Assembly (NCBI GenBank): GCA_051275005.1
Contig: JBNMOP010000003.1
Coordinates: 1 to 52,380, forward strand
Reading direction: 5' to 3'
From: Gammaproteobacteria bacterium
GTDB lineage: Bacteria; Pseudomonadota; Gammaproteobacteria; Eutrophobiales; Eutrophobiaceae
DNA: 52,380 bases
Below are positions 11,247 through 23,333 of this stretch, piece after piece; the stretch's first letter is position 1; every line of letters starts with the position of its first letter. The notes below the pieces were generated by a model. The model was given only the letters and a program-made list of their open reading frames with translations, ran no database searches and had not been told where the DNA came from. Position numbers and translations under genes: made by a program.

Positions 11247-11987
11247 TTATAAAACCATTCTTGCTTTATTCAAATCATCTTCTGTATTGATCTCAATCCC
11301 TTCTTTTTCAGATATTAGTTTCACATAAATTTTATAGCCATTGTATAAGGCTCGTAATTGTTCTAGAGATTCTTGTCTTTCTAATGCAACTTTTGGAAGA
11401 GTAGAAAAATGTTTAATAAAACCGGTTTTGTAAGCATAAATACCGATATGTTTATGTACTTCTATATTTTCAATTGCGGTATCACCATTTGTCCAGGGGA
11501 TAGGAGAACGACTGAAATATAATGCAAAATTATTTTTATCCAGTATTACTTTTATTGAATTTGGATCATGATATATATCTAAATTAGATATTTTTTGACA
11601 TAGGGTCGCAATACTTGAGTCTGGATTATAACTAAGAGCTTCTGCTGCTGAATTTATCAACTTAGGTTGAAGACCAAATTCATCTCCCTGTACATTTACT
11701 ATCACTTTATCATCAGGATAACCAAGTATTTGCAGAGCTTCTGCAATGCGATCAGTCCCCGTCATATGAGTTTCGGATGTCATTACTACTTGTGCACCAA
11801 AAATTTTTGCAGATTTTTCAATTTCTTTGTTATCTGTTGCAATCACTACCTCTGAAGCATCACTCAGACTTGCAGCATCATAAACATGCTGAATAAGGCT
11901 TTTCTTGCCAATTTGCAATAGTGGCTTGCCGGGCAACCTGCTAGAAGCAAAACGCGCTGGTATAATAATACTGAAATCAAGTTTCAC
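11247..11987 (-). CDS. kdsB: 3-deoxy-manno-octulosonate cytidylyltransferase
   Basis: IPARFASSRLPGKPL, GTDRIAE, NVQGDE, ALYFSRSPIP, ESLEQLRAL. Confidence 0.96.
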   Translation of the reverse strand: MKLDFSIIIPARFASSRLPGKPLLQIGKKSLIQHVYDAASLSDASEVVIATDNKEIEKSAKIFGAQVVMTSETHMTGTDRIAEALQILGYPDDKVIVNVQGDEFGLQPKLINSAAEALSYNPDSSIATLCQKISNLDIYHDPNSIKVILDKNNFALYFSRSPIPWTNGDTAIENIEVHKHIGIYAYKTGFIKHFSTLPKVALERQESLEQLRALYNGYKIYVKLISEKEGIEINTEDDLNKARMVL

Positions 11988-11989
11988 TA

Positions 11990-12181
11990 TTATTTTTTTA
12001 AAATATTGTATTGTTCGTCTGACAATTCTCTTGCTTCAGACTCCAGCATTACAGGAATTTCATTACGTATAGGATATGCAAGTCTGGCAGCAAGAGAAAT
12101 TAATTCTTGATTTTCTTTGTCATAAATTAGTGATGATTTCGTAACTGGGCATACGAGTATATCAAGTAACTTTTTATCCAT
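11990..12181 (-). CDS. ycaR: Trm112-family protein (YcaR)
   Basis: [11 protein letters not shown]...[13 protein letters not shown]; sits between lpxK and kdsB. Confidence 0.93.
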   Translation of the reverse strand: MDKKLLDILVCPVTKSSLIYDKENQELISLAARLAYPIRNEIPVMLESEARELSDEQYNILKK

Positions 12182-13166
12182 TACATACCTCCCTAACTAA
12201 TTTAGTAATTCTATGATTGAACACCTCATTAAACTCAACATAAATCGGTAAATACCAACTATTTTCAATTGAAAATCTTTTACATTTTACAGCATCTTTT
12301 TCCGTCATCACGATAGGGAACTCATCATCAAACTGTAAATCTTGTAGTTTATATTTATGATGATCTAAAAAAACATGTTTAATTAAAATCATGCCCTGCT
12401 GTTTTAAAAAGGCATGAAATCGTTCTGGATTAGCGATCCCTGATACTGCATGGATTGTCATATTATTAAATGATGATGGTTGAATATTATTATTAGCATT
12501 ATTGACAGAAATCATATCTTTATATTTATATTGCATAAGATGCTCGTTTTTTCCTGCTCTATGCTTAGCTACTATTAAATCTACAGAAGATAACCGACTC
12601 TTAGGCTCTCTCATTGGTCCAGCAGGCAAGCAATTTCCATTACCGAACCGTCTGTCTCCATCTATAACAGCAATCTCCAGGTCTCTTTCTAATGATAGGT
12701 GTTGCAATCCGTCGTCACACAACAATACATTACATTCGGTATATTCAAGTAATTGAATTGCAGCAAGGTAACGATTTGGCGATACTACTACAGGTCTTCC
12801 CGTTCGCTGAGCTAACAAGACGGCCTCATCTCCGACAGAATAAGGATCACTGTCCACTCTGACCTGCTGAGGCCACTTGGTTGTAGTACCGCCATATCCT
12901 CGGCTAAGTATCCCTGGTTTATACCCTTGTTCCATTAACTTATGACACAACCAAATTACCAATGGTGTCTTACCAGCACCTCCAACGGTAATATTTCCGA
13001 CAACAATAACTGGCACATTTACTGATTCTTTTTGCAAAAGTCCTATCAAATATGCAAGATTTCTGATTTTCACGCAAATACAATAAAGCCAACTGAACGG
13101 TAGGAGAATTATGGATATAGGGTGATTACCATACCAAATACGATCAATGAATCTCTGTTCAGACAT
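12174..13166 (-). CDS. lpxK: Tetraacyldisaccharide 4'-kinase
   Basis: [46 protein letters not shown]. Confidence 0.97.
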   Translation of the reverse strand: MSEQRFIDRIWYGNHPISIILLPFSWLYCICVKIRNLAYLIGLLQKESVNVPVIVVGNITVGGAGKTPLVIWLCHKLMEQGYKPGILSRGYGGTTTKWPQQVRVDSDPYSVGDEAVLLAQRTGRPVVVSPNRYLAAIQLLEYTECNVLLCDDGLQHLSLERDLEIAVIDGDRRFGNGNCLPAGPMREPKSRLSSVDLIVAKHRAGKNEHLMQYKYKDMISVNNANNNIQPSSFNNMTIHAVSGIANPERFHAFLKQQGMILIKHVFLDHHKYKLQDLQFDDEFPIVMTEKDAVKCKRFSIENSWYLPIYVEFNEVFNHRITKLVREVCNG

Positions 13167-13203
13167 AATTTACCAGTGCTAGTAAATAATGTAATTGATT
13201 GGA

Positions 13204-13623
13204 TTATTCTTCCTCATATACCTGGGTAGAAAAAGTTATCCTCGTTAATGATAACTGCCGTGCAGCATCCATAATTTTTACGACTGATTGATGTGTAGCA
13301 TTCGCATCAGCGCTAATAATTATTGTCGGCTCATTCATTCCTTCAACATATTGCTTAAGTGTTTCACGAATCGTACTTAACTGGGAATTAATAATTTGTA
13401 TATCATTAATAAATATTTGTTCTTGCGCATCAACAGAAATTGATACTGTATCCACATTAATCTCTTTCGCCGCATCTGATGCTTTTGGTAAAGTAATAGT
13501 AATTTCTGAATTTCGTTCGAACGTTGTAGATACCATAAAAAATATAAGTAATAAGAAAACCACATCCACTAATGGCGTTATATTGAGCTCAAGCTCTACC
13601 TTATGTTTTGGACTCAGATTCAT
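13204..13623 (-). CDS. exbD: ExbD/TolR biopolymer transport protein
   Basis: NITPLVDVVFLLLIFFMVSTTF. Confidence 0.92.
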   Translation of the reverse strand: MNLSPKHKVELELNITPLVDVVFLLLIFFMVSTTFERNSEITITLPKASDAAKEINVDTVSISVDAQEQIFINDIQIINSQLSTIRETLKQYVEGMNEPTIIISADANATHQSVVKIMDAARQLSLTRITFSTQVYEEE

Positions 13624-14258
13624 TGAGAATTATTATCTGTGCTTGTTTCTCGTTCACGTTGACCATGCATTACTTCTATCATTTTCAGCGCTTCTTGCTC
13701 CATATTGATCACAATCCCATCAATTTTTCCATGGAAATACCTATAAAACATAAGTGAGGGTATCGCTACTGTTAAACCCGCTGCTGTTGTAATCAATGCG
13801 ACTGAGATGCCTTCTGCCAGCACAGCTGGGTCGCCTAATCCCAAGGTGGTAATTACTGTAAATACTTTTATCATTCCAATAACAGTACCTAATAATCCTA
13901 GCAATGGAGTAATAGAAGCAATGGTGCCCAATGTAGTTAAAAACTTACCCAGTTCATGTACGACATGACGTCCAACTTCTTCAATACTTTCTTTCATAAT
14001 TTGACGTTCGTGGTGACGGTTTACCAGACCGGCAGCCAGGATACGGCCGAGTTGCGAGCTATTTTTTAACGATAAAATTCGTTTTGCATCAAGCTGCCCT
14101 TTTCTGTTCCAGTCCCAGACCTGTGCCACAAGGTTTTTGGGACATATTTTGTTGTTTTGTAAGGACCAGAATCGCTCAGCAATAATCGCCAAAGAGATAA
14201 TAGAACATAACAAAATAGGCCAAATTAATATCCCACCTGCCTTGATCAATTCAAGCAC
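13620..14258 (-). CDS. exbB: MotA/TolQ/ExbB proton channel protein (likely start GTG 14258 after GGAG)
   Basis: PLLGLLGTVIGMI, GISVALITTAAGL; overlaps exbD. Confidence 0.9.
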   Translation of the reverse strand: MLELIKAGGILIWPILLCSIISLAIIAERFWSLQNNKICPKNLVAQVWDWNRKGQLDAKRILSLKNSSQLGRILAAGLVNRHHERQIMKESIEEVGRHVVHELGKFLTTLGTIASITPLLGLLGTVIGMIKVFTVITTLGLGDPAVLAEGISVALITTAAGLTVAIPSLMFYRYFHGKIDGIVINMEQEALKMIEVMHGQRERETSTDNNSQ

Positions 14259-14291
14259 ATATTTCTCCAATATTATAAAATAATTTAATAG

Positions 14292-16601
14292 TCATTTTTT
14301 AAAGTTCCAGAATTTTGAGGATACTTCACGTTCACTTACCACCGAAAATTCTCCTTTAAAATACTTTACAATGATGGCCCCATCAGTCGCCGTATTAAAT
14401 ATATTTGCGCCACTCGACCTGTACTTATCGATTATATCCTGATTTGGCAATCTGAAGCGATTCAGATATCCAGATGAAATTATCACGTCCTTTGCGGAAA
14501 CTGCTCGTATAAAGCTAGCACTGGATGACGTCAAACTACCATGATGCGGAACTATAAGTACACTTGCCTGCAGATTATTAACCTTTTTTGCAAGTAAACT
14601 GTACTCTGCCTCTGCTTCAATATCTCCAGTCAGTAATATTGAGTCCTTGCCAATCCCTACCTTAAGTACACACGAAGCGTTATTTCCACTAAAACTTTCA
14701 GGTTTATCAGGATGTAATATTTCAAAAGATACATTATCCCAATTCCAGGTTTGACCTGTTAGACAAAATTTCGAGGCAATATAATTAATCTTTTCCGGCA
14801 CACTACTAATAATACTAACAACTTCAATTCTCGATAATATATCAACTAATCCACCAATATGATCATTGTCACCATGACTTTGAACTATTTTATCAATTTG
14901 TTTGTAGCCTAAGTGTTTTAGATAAGGAATTACTACCGATAAACCTGCATTATTTCCTGCGCTTGAGCCTGGCCCTGTATCGTACAATAAAATATGATTT
15001 TGTGTGCGAACAATGATCGACAATCCTTGCCCCACATCAAGTACGTTTACATCAAAATCACCAGAATCAGGTGCATTGTTTAATGGAAAAATTAGTGGTA
15101 ACAGCCAGACAGATGCAATGAATCTACCAGGAAAGGATAATGGCAATAGCAATATTATGAGACCAAACAGGGCTGTGAATAGTATCCATACTGAGGGTGT
15201 AGCTAAAACATAGCTAAAAGTATCAAAACTCGCCAAATATTCGAGGTAATACCAAATTATATTTAGAGAATATAATCCGGCGATATATAGCCATGAAGCA
15301 ATACTGGCGTTAATAAATATTAATATAGCGCTTAAAAGTAACAATGGCATAGTAATCATTGTTACCCATGGAATAGCAATCAAATTTGCAAAAATGGATA
15401 GCACCGGAATCTGATTAAACATCAATGCAAGAACAGGGATAAGAGAAATATATAAAAATAATTGAACCCGAAACCAATTGCGGGCTTTATAATAAACTGT
15501 CCGAGTGATATTTATATTTACAGAAAACATTATTATCGATACGGCTAAAAATGACAGCCAAAATCCGTGTGAAAGTACAGCCAAAGGATCAATGCATATT
15601 ACAATAATTAATGAAATTGCCAGGAGATTTGTTTTACTAATTTTTCTATTTGTTAATACATATAAAAGCATTACGGACAGCATAATCAATGCTCTTTGTG
15701 TTGGTATAGTGAATCCTGCAAGTAAAGCATAGACCAAAGCTGCAATAATTGAGCACACTGAAGCCACATTCTGGGCTTGAAACAAATGAGCAAACCGCCA
15801 TGTTAGTGGCCATAACCACCTCACTATAAAAAAAGCAAAGCCAGCCATTAAACCTATATGCAATCCGGATATTGCCAACAAATGATTAGTGCCCGTTATA
15901 GCTAAAACTTCTGAATCCCGTTTAGTAATTTTACTTCGGTCTCCCAGGATCAAAGCCAGTGCTAAATTGGAAGAGTTCCTATGTTCTTTAGTAATTCGAT
16001 TTAACCTATCTCGCATCTGAAAACGAAAATAATGAATGGAAAATCGCAAGCTGTTATTTTTTTCAGTTATATTTATTTTTCGAACATATCCGGTAGCTCG
16101 AATTTTTTCTTTGAATAACCATGCCTCATAGTCAAAACTTCCTGGATTAACGAATCCATGTGGTGATTTTAATCTAACAACCAGATTCAGGTGCTCACCA
16201 GGTTTTATTTCTGCGTATGGAGAATACCAATACAATCTAACTTTCCCCGGATTTTGTCTGGACAGACCGTTTGCATCTGTTAATTCAACAATATCGAAAT
16301 TAAATCGAATATATCTATCAAATTCTGTCGGCAAAGAATCCACATATCCTGAAACATGTACATCAACACCTTCAATTTCAGGATCTAAAGATTTGGAGAT
16401 AATCCATGTGGAAGAAACCAAAGCCCATATAAACCCTATAACAAACCAAAGAGCATAGTTAAAGATCCCTATTCCATTTAGAATAAAGAGTAAGGTCAGG
16501 ACTGGAATCACATAGACTAGTGGAGGTAACACACTAAACTGAAAGACGGAAACTGTGCCCAGCAAAAATAAACAACTTCTTAAACGCATATACAAATCCA
16601 T
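14292..16601 (-). CDS. comEC: DNA internalisation competence protein ComEC/Rec2 (start 16601 or 16589)
   Basis: NPGSFDYE, HLLAISGLHIG, PTQRALIM; metallo-beta-lactamase domain DVGQG, SHGDNDHIGG, PHHGS. Confidence 0.95.
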   Translation of the reverse strand: MDLYMRLRSCLFLLGTVSVFQFSVLPPLVYVIPVLTLLFILNGIGIFNYALWFVIGFIWALVSSTWIISKSLDPEIEGVDVHVSGYVDSLPTEFDRYIRFNFDIVELTDANGLSRQNPGKVRLYWYSPYAEIKPGEHLNLVVRLKSPHGFVNPGSFDYEAWLFKEKIRATGYVRKINITEKNNSLRFSIHYFRFQMRDRLNRITKEHRNSSNLALALILGDRSKITKRDSEVLAITGTNHLLAISGLHIGLMAGFAFFIVRWLWPLTWRFAHLFQAQNVASVCSIIAALVYALLAGFTIPTQRALIMLSVMLLYVLTNRKISKTNLLAISLIIVICIDPLAVLSHGFWLSFLAVSIIMFSVNINITRTVYYKARNWFRVQLFLYISLIPVLALMFNQIPVLSIFANLIAIPWVTMITMPLLLLSAILIFINASIASWLYIAGLYSLNIIWYYLEYLASFDTFSYVLATPSVWILFTALFGLIILLLPLSFPGRFIASVWLLPLIFPLNNAPDSGDFDVNVLDVGQGLSIIVRTQNHILLYDTGPGSSAGNNAGLSVVIPYLKHLGYKQIDKIVQSHGDNDHIGGLVDILSRIEVVSIISSVPEKINYIASKFCLTGQTWNWDNVSFEILHPDKPESFSGNNASCVLKVGIGKDSILLTGDIEAEAEYSLLAKKVNNLQASVLIVPHHGSLTSSSASFIRAVSAKDVIISSGYLNRFRLPNQDIIDKYRSSGANIFNTATDGAIIVKYFKGEFSVVSEREVSSKFWNFKK

Positions 16602-16654
16602 TTTGTTAATTGCGTGATAAAATCCTTTTCTCAATCAAGCATAACTGGAAATCT

Positions 16655-17179
16655 ATGCGAATTAAAAGTTTTTTTGCAAGTATTATGCCTGACAAGCAAA
16701 AAATACAGCAACATACGTATTTTAGGGTGATTCAGGCCACCCTACTAGATCAGGGTCTATTTCATTTAAGCAGTCGTTCTGTTGCAGGAGGGATATCAAC
16801 CGGCATGTTTATTGCCTTCCTTCCTGTACCTGGACATACACTATTAGCAATACTGTTCTCTTTAGTATTCAGGGTAAATCTTCCACTGTCTGTCTTAGCT
16901 GCCTGGACGACAAACCCATTAACAATCGCACCTATTCTTTACATAACATACAAGACTGGTGCAATTGTGCTAGGAAGGCCCATGCAAACTCTAGAATTTG
17001 AAATGACATTTGAATGGTTTGGCGGAAGTCTCATAGAGATATGGCCATCATTAATTACAGGCAGTATAATTTTTTCTATCGTAACATCCGCCACAAGTTA
17101 TATTTTGATTCGAATATTATGGAGGATGGCTGTTATAAACAAATGGAACAAAAGAAACAAAAGAAAATCTGCTACTTAA
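16655..17179 (+). CDS. DUF2062-family membrane protein
   Basis: RSVAGG..G.F.AFLP.P, RVNLP, WTTNPLT; adjacent to comEC and lolD. Confidence 0.85.
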   Translation: MRIKSFFASIMPDKQKIQQHTYFRVIQATLLDQGLFHLSSRSVAGGISTGMFIAFLPVPGHTLLAILFSLVFRVNLPLSVLAAWTTNPLTIAPILYITYKTGAIVLGRPMQTLEFEMTFEWFGGSLIEIWPSLITGSIIFSIVTSATSYILIRILWRMAVINKWNKRNKRKSAT

Positions 17180-17237
17180 CTAATAAAATTAACACTATTA
17201 TCGATATCTCTATAATTAAATCTGCTGAAAAAAAGAT

Positions 17238-17921
17238 TTAACCTGTAACTAAAAGTCCGTCGTGTAATTTTCCAATCAGATCAAATTGATTCGCCAAAAT
17301 ATTATTATGTGTAACCATAATTACACTGACCCCCATATCCCTGTTTAGCTCCATCATCACATCAAAAACTTGCATCGCTGTTTTTTCATCCAGATTTCCA
17401 GTAGGTTCATCTGCCAGTATGCACTTTGGTTCTGTTACTAATGCTCGAGCTATTGCAGCTCTTTGACGCTCTCCACCAGACATTTCTCCGGGTTTGTGTT
17501 CTGTTCTATTTTCCAGACCAACTTTATTCAGTATTTCATTTGATTTTATAATCGCCTCACTTACAGGTGTATTATTAATTAATAACGGTAAAGCCACATT
17601 TTCTAATGCTGTAAATTCCGCTAATAGGTGATGAAACTGATAAACAAAACCCAAGGAAGCATTTCTCAATTTTCCTCGTAACAATTCAGACATTTTTGAC
17701 AACTGTTCACCACAGATGAACACTTCACCTGAGCTGGGATGATCCAGTCCACCGAGCAAATGCAATAATGTACTTTTCCCTGAGCCTGATGTGCCGACTA
17801 TGGCCATACATTGCCCCTGCTCTAACAGCAAATTTACACCATTAAGAACAGTAACATTCAACCCGCCCTGGGAGTATGTTTTATGTAAATTTATACAATT
17901 AATTACGGCATGTTCATTCAT
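17238..17921 (-). CDS. lolD: Lipoprotein-releasing ABC transporter ATPase
   Basis: [28 protein letters not shown] (LolD motif), [16 protein letters not shown]. Confidence 0.96.
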   Translation of the reverse strand: MNEHAVINCINLHKTYSQGGLNVTVLNGVNLLLEQGQCMAIVGTSGSGKSTLLHLLGGLDHPSSGEVFICGEQLSKMSELLRGKLRNASLGFVYQFHHLLAEFTALENVALPLLINNTPVSEAIIKSNEILNKVGLENRTEHKPGEMSGGERQRAAIARALVTEPKCILADEPTGNLDEKTAMQVFDVMMELNRDMGVSVIMVTHNNILANQFDLIGKLHDGLLVTG

Positions 17922-19158
17922 ATCTTAATGCCTCAGCTGGCTGAATATTTGCAGCTCTCCATGCAGGAAAAATAGTTGCGAGCAAGCAGAAAAAAAACGA
18001 AACAAGCCCTATCATCAAGACATCCTTCCAATGCAAGTCAGAAGGTAAATCACTTATATAGTAAACATCAGGAGATAAAAATTTCATACCAAACAGCGAC
18101 TCTATGGCCGGCACCAGGGTCTCGACATTCATCGCTAACCAGACACCGGATACGATTCCCATTAATATTCCGATTGCACCTATGATTGTGCCCTGAATCA
18201 TAAAAATCCTCATTATACTGCCCGGGCTTGCCCCGATCGTCCTTAATACAGCAATATCAGCTTGTTTATCAGTTACCATCATTACCAGAGTAGATATTAT
18301 GTTAAAAGCTGCAACCGCAACGATTAACGTAAGAATTACAAACATTACGGTTTTTTCTGTTTTTAATGCGCGAAAAAAATTTGCATGCTGCTGAGTCCAA
18401 TCAATTACGCCATAATTTCCTGGCATTTTATTTATTATATTTCGGCTTACCTGAGGAGCAGACATTAAATTAGTTGTTTTTATTCTCAGTCCATCAGGTG
18501 ATAGTTTTCGGAATAATTTTGCAGCGTCGTCCATATGCATCAGCACTAAAGCACTGTCATATTCATGCATACCAATTTCAAAGATACCAACTAAAGTAAA
18601 TTGCTTTAGCCTCGGTATTATACCAGCTGGGGTAGCGTTTGCTGTGGGTGCAACGACCGTTATCTTATCGCCAATAATAACGCCTAGTATTCGGGATAAC
18701 TCCGAACCTAATACAATACCAAACTCCCCAGGCTGAAGGTTATCAAGACTGCCTTCAATCATTTTCGTTGATATTACCGATACGTTTGATTCTTCATCGG
18801 GCAATATCCCCTGAATCACCGTGCCTTTGACGCGCTTTTCATATACCACCATTCCTTCGGCTTCAATATAGGGTGCAGCACCAATAATTTCTGGCTGCGT
18901 CTCTAATCTTTGTTGCACTGGTCGCCAATCTCTCAGGCTATCGTCATACCCTATAACCATCGCATGAGAAACCATGCCAAGAATTCTATCCGTCAATTCC
19001 TTTTCAAACCCATTCATAACAGACATAACTGTAATGAGTGCCATAACACCCAAGGCAATACCTGTCATTGAGATCATGGAAATAAATGAAATAAAGTGAT
19101 TTCGTCTTTTTGCCCGGACATAACGTAATCCGATAAATGCTTCAAATGGACTATACAT
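17914..19158 (-). CDS. lolE: Lipoprotein-releasing ABC transporter permease (single LolC/E-type, LolF-like)
   Basis: [45 protein letters not shown]. Confidence 0.9.
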   Translation of the reverse strand: MYSPFEAFIGLRYVRAKRRNHFISFISMISMTGIALGVMALITVMSVMNGFEKELTDRILGMVSHAMVIGYDDSLRDWRPVQQRLETQPEIIGAAPYIEAEGMVVYEKRVKGTVIQGILPDEESNVSVISTKMIEGSLDNLQPGEFGIVLGSELSRILGVIIGDKITVVAPTANATPAGIIPRLKQFTLVGIFEIGMHEYDSALVLMHMDDAAKLFRKLSPDGLRIKTTNLMSAPQVSRNIINKMPGNYGVIDWTQQHANFFRALKTEKTVMFVILTLIVAVAAFNIISTLVMMVTDKQADIAVLRTIGASPGSIMRIFMIQGTIIGAIGILMGIVSGVWLAMNVETLVPAIESLFGMKFLSPDVYYISDLPSDLHWKDVLMIGLVSFFFCLLATIFPAWRAANIQPAEALRYE

Positions 19159-19255
19159 TCCTGCATTATAAGCTACCCGTTACCTCGTACAAACAACATG
19201 TTAAAATTATTTAACATTATTTATTTATACATAGTCACTTTATCAGGTAAGTTAT

Positions 19256-19921
19256 TTGAAAATATTGGCATTAGATACCGCAACTGAGGCATGTTCCGCC
19301 GCCATTTATGTTGATTCCGAGATATCCGAAAAATCTTTGATTGCACCAAGACGCCACGCTGATCTAATTTTATCTATGATTGATGAATTGCTCAATGAAT
19401 CAGGTGTTACGTTATCAGCGTTAGACGCCATCGCATTTGGTAGAGGACCAGGGGCTTTTACAGGGATTAGAATTGCAGCAGGAATTGTGCAGGGACTTGC
19501 ATATGGTGCTGATTTACCAGTCATTCCTGTGTCAACTCTCGCAGCTTTAGCTCAAGGTACCAAGGTTAACTCAGAATTTATAATTAGTGCAATCGACGCT
19601 CGCATGGGTGAGATTTATACAGCCATATATAAACGTGATAATTCAGGCCTTGTAATTGCAATTACGGATGAATCTGTTATGAAAGCTGATAACTTATCAA
19701 TTACTGGCGAAGGAACCTATTATGGTGTTGGCACAGGATGGGCGACGTATCATGATGTAATAAGTGTAAAATTCGGAAATAAACTTATTGGTTATAATGG
19801 GGAGTGCTACCCCCAGTCCAGAGATATCTTGTTACTTGCCATACGTGAGTATGAGATGGGTAATTTAGTAAAACCTGAAGAGGCTATACCTGTATATATA
19901 CGTAATAAAGTCACTAGTTAG
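19256..19921 (+). CDS. tsaB: tRNA threonylcarbamoyladenosine biosynthesis protein TsaB
   Basis: ILALDTATEACS, GRGPGAFTGIRI, IDARMGEIY, PVYIRNKV. Confidence 0.96.
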   Translation: MKILALDTATEACSAAIYVDSEISEKSLIAPRRHADLILSMIDELLNESGVTLSALDAIAFGRGPGAFTGIRIAAGIVQGLAYGADLPVIPVSTLAALAQGTKVNSEFIISAIDARMGEIYTAIYKRDNSGLVIAITDESVMKADNLSITGEGTYYGVGTGWATYHDVISVKFGNKLIGYNGECYPQSRDILLLAIREYEMGNLVKPEEAIPVYIRNKVTS

Positions 19922-19946
19922 ACAGCAGCCATACAACTTAAGATAA

Positions 19947-22844
19947 TTAAGAATAACTATCCATTGGCAAACAACTACAAAACAAATTTTTATCCCCATA
20001 AAGATTATCTATCCGACTCACAGGTGGCCAGTACTTATCATCTCGTGAAGTTTCCAAAGGATAATATGCTTCTCTTTTTGAGTATGGTGACTTCCAGTCA
20101 TCTGCCAACAATAATTGATAGGTATGTGGGGCATTTTTAAGGACATTATCCAATTTATCAGCGTCACCTTTTTCAATAGCTGAAATTTCATTTCGAATAG
20201 CTATCATTGCATCACAAAAGCGATCTATTTCCCGTTTATTTTCACTTTCAGTTGGTTCAATCATCAATGTATCTGCGACTGGAAATGAAACAGTAGGGGC
20301 ATGAAATCCATAATCAATTAAGCGTTTTGCAACATCATCAACCATGATTCCTGTCGTTTCTTTAATCTGACGTAAATCAATTATACACTCATGGGCAACC
20401 ATGCCATTTTTACCGGTATACAGGACTGGATAAAACGACTCTAGGCGCTTGGCTATATAATTGGCATTCAGGATTGCGACCACTGTCGCCCGACGTAATC
20501 CCTTCCCACCCATCATGGCAATGTAAGCCCAGGATATGGTTAATATACTTGCAGACCCCCATGGTGCTGCTGAAACAGCGCCTGTCGTGCCATGCTTGCC
20601 GGCAACCGGATTAACGCCCTGCACTACGGGATGATCTGGCAGATAAGGAGATAGATGTGATTTGACGCCAATAGGTCCCATCCCAGGCCCCCCTCCACCA
20701 TGAGGAATACTAAACGTTTTATGAAGATTTATATGCATCACATCTGCACCAAATTCTGCTGGTTTGCAAATTCCTACAAGTGCATTCATATTAGCGCCAT
20801 CAAGGTAAACCTGACCGCCATGAGCATGGACTATCTGACAAATTTCCTTTACAGAACCTTCGAATACACCATGTGTAGACGGATAAGTAATCATTAATAC
20901 GGAAAGCTGTTCAGAATACTTTTCTGCCTTGGATTTTAAATCTTCCAAATCAATATTTCCGTTTTTATCGCACTTTATAACAACCACATCCAGACCAGCC
21001 ATGGCTGCACTTGCAGGATTAGTCCCATGGGCTGAGGCAGGGATTAAACAAACATTACGGGTCCCTTCACCATTCACTTCCTGATATTTTCGTACAACCA
21101 GTAAACCGGTATATTCACCTTGTGAACCCGCGTTCGGCTGCATAGAAAATGCGTCAAATCCAGACAAGTCGCAAAGCATTTCCTCCAGCTCTGTAATTAA
21201 CTGATGATATCCTTGAGCCTGATCAGATGGAACAAACGGATGGATTGCATTAAATTCCTGATATGAGAGTGCTTGCAATTCAGTAGCAGCATTTAGCTTC
21301 ATTGTACATGAACCTAAAGGAATCATAGCTCGATCAAGTGCGATATCTCTCCGAGCTAACCAACCCATATAACGCATCATTTCAGTTTCGCTATGATATA
21401 AATGAAAAACATCATGCGTTAGAAAGTTGGATTCTCTTAATAAATCTGCTGGTATATTCTCTTCGATGGCATTATCAATTGAGACTAAATCAAGTTCCGC
21501 GCCATGTTTTGCTGAAAAAACTTGCCATAGAGTTATTAAATCTTCTCTGCTAGTAGTTTCATCGAACGCTATTCCTACATGATTAAGATCAATTACTCTG
21601 AGATTAATCTGGAATTTTCGTGCCAAAACGGCCAAATTATTAGCTCGATTTGGAACATGCACTTTAATAGTATCAAAAAATGTTTCGTTTAAAATTTCGA
21701 ACCCAAGTTGTCTAAGTCCGTGAGCAAAAATAAGCATCAATCTGTGTACCCGTCCTGCTATTAATTTTAACGACTCTGGTCCATGATATATTGCATAGAA
21801 ACTGGCGATGACAGCAAGTAGTACCTGCGAAGTACATATGTTACTGGTAGCTTTTTCTCGCCTAATATGTTGTTCTCTTGTTTGCAAGACCATTCTTAAT
21901 GCATGTTTGCCGTATTTATCTTTTGAAACGCCAATGATTCGTCCAGGCATCTGCCTGATAAAATCATTTTTAGTTGCAAAAAATGCTGCATGAGGACCAC
22001 CGAAGCCCATAGAGACTCCAAACCTCTGCGAATTACCCAGAACTATATCAGCGCCCATCTCACCTGGGGGTTTTAACAAGACCAGACTGAGTAAGTCGGT
22101 TGCTACCGTGACTAATGCATCAATTTTATGTGCTTCGATAATTACTGATTCAATATTTTGCACGCTACCGTATGTGCATGGATATTGAATTAACACACCA
22201 AATAAATCCTGGTTATTTATTTCACTGAAGGGGTCTCCAATAATTAATTCAATATCAAAATATCTGGCTCGAGTTTGTACTACTGCAATAGTTTGAGGAT
22301 GACAATTTTTGTCTACAAAATAAATATTACATTCTTTTTTGCTGAGTCGTTTTGACATCGCCATGGCTTCAGCGGCTGCAGTAGCTTCATCAAGTAACGA
22401 TGCGTTTGCTAGCTCCATTCCGGTTAAATCTGTCACCATTTGTTGGAAATTTAGCAATGCCTCAAGTCTTCCTTGACTGATTTCAGCCTGATAGGGTGTA
22501 TAAGCGGAATACCAGGAAGGATTTTCCAGTATATTTCGTTTTATTACAGCAGGCATTAATGTGCCGTAATAACCCATACCAATCATCGTCTTGAATACTT
22601 TATTTTTTTCACACATTGTGCGCAAAATGGATATTACTGCCCTCTCACTTATTGTATCTGTTAGAGACAGCAAGTCTTTTGACAATATTGATTCTGGCAC
22701 AGCCTTGTCGATTATTTCTTCTGCATCATCTATCTCCAGGAAATCACATATTTCTTGAATTTGTTGAGCATTAGAACCAATGTGTCGGCGAATAAAATCA
22801 CCTCGCATTTCGAGCATTTCCAGGGATTTTTTTTCGACTACCAT
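19947..22844 (-). CDS. gcvP: Glycine dehydrogenase (decarboxylating), P protein
   Basis: [50 protein letters not shown]. Confidence 0.98.
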   Translation of the reverse strand: MVVEKKSLEMLEMRGDFIRRHIGSNAQQIQEICDFLEIDDAEEIIDKAVPESILSKDLLSLTDTISERAVISILRTMCEKNKVFKTMIGMGYYGTLMPAVIKRNILENPSWYSAYTPYQAEISQGRLEALLNFQQMVTDLTGMELANASLLDEATAAAEAMAMSKRLSKKECNIYFVDKNCHPQTIAVVQTRARYFDIELIIGDPFSEINNQDLFGVLIQYPCTYGSVQNIESVIIEAHKIDALVTVATDLLSLVLLKPPGEMGADIVLGNSQRFGVSMGFGGPHAAFFATKNDFIRQMPGRIIGVSKDKYGKHALRMVLQTREQHIRREKATSNICTSQVLLAVIASFYAIYHGPESLKLIAGRVHRLMLIFAHGLRQLGFEILNETFFDTIKVHVPNRANNLAVLARKFQINLRVIDLNHVGIAFDETTSREDLITLWQVFSAKHGAELDLVSIDNAIEENIPADLLRESNFLTHDVFHLYHSETEMMRYMGWLARRDIALDRAMIPLGSCTMKLNAATELQALSYQEFNAIHPFVPSDQAQGYHQLITELEEMLCDLSGFDAFSMQPNAGSQGEYTGLLVVRKYQEVNGEGTRNVCLIPASAHGTNPASAAMAGLDVVVIKCDKNGNIDLEDLKSKAEKYSEQLSVLMITYPSTHGVFEGSVKEICQIVHAHGGQVYLDGANMNALVGICKPAEFGADVMHINLHKTFSIPHGGGGPGMGPIGVKSHLSPYLPDHPVVQGVNPVAGKHGTTGAVSAAPWGSASILTISWAYIAMMGGKGLRRATVVAILNANYIAKRLESFYPVLYTGKNGMVAHECIIDLRQIKETTGIMVDDVAKRLIDYGFHAPTVSFPVADTLMIEPTESENKREIDRFCDAMIAIRNEISAIEKGDADKLDNVLKNAPHTYQLLLADDWKSPYSKREAYYPLETSRDDKYWPPVSRIDNLYGDKNLFCSCLPMDSYS

Positions 22845-22926
22845 GCTAAATTATCCTTAATGGTATAACACTAGTGCTACTAGAGTTATCTCTATAAAAT
22901 AATTGAAAAAATATAAAATTCAATTT

Positions 22927-23304
22927 TCACAATTTTTCAATATATTCGTTATATTCCGACTCACTCATTAAATCATTCAAATCGTCGATGTTATCTGCAG
23001 TCATGCGAATGAACCACCCGTCTCCCATAGGATCAGTATTTACCAGTTCGGGTTCATCGACCAATCGGGAATTAACCTCAATTATTTCACCAGAGAGAGG
23101 AATCTTGACTTCACCAGCAGCCTTAACAGACTCAACAACTGCCATATCTGTGTTTGAAATAAAATTAGCGCCGACTTCAGGTAGTTCTACATAAACAATA
23201 TCTCCTAATTGGTCCTGCGCATATTCAGTTATCCCAACTAAGAGTGTTCCATCATCGTCTTGCCTTAACCATTCATGATCATCTGTGAATTTTTCATTAC
23301 TCAT
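22927..23304 (-). CDS. gcvH: Glycine cleavage system H protein
   Basis: HEW, GITEYAQDQLGDIVYVELP, lipoyl-Lys motif VESVKAA. Confidence 0.97.
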   Translation of the reverse strand: MSNEKFTDDHEWLRQDDDGTLLVGITEYAQDQLGDIVYVELPEVGANFISNTDMAVVESVKAAGEVKIPLSGEIIEVNSRLVDEPELVNTDPMGDGWFIRMTADNIDDLNDLMSESEYNEYIEKL

Positions 23305-23333
23305 AAATTTTTCTCTATACTTATCTTAATTAA

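Noticed and set aside
13167-13203. msbA absent between exbD and lpxK
   Set aside because: The comEC-exbB-exbD-lpxK-ycaR-kdsB order without msbA is known (e.g. pseudomonads).
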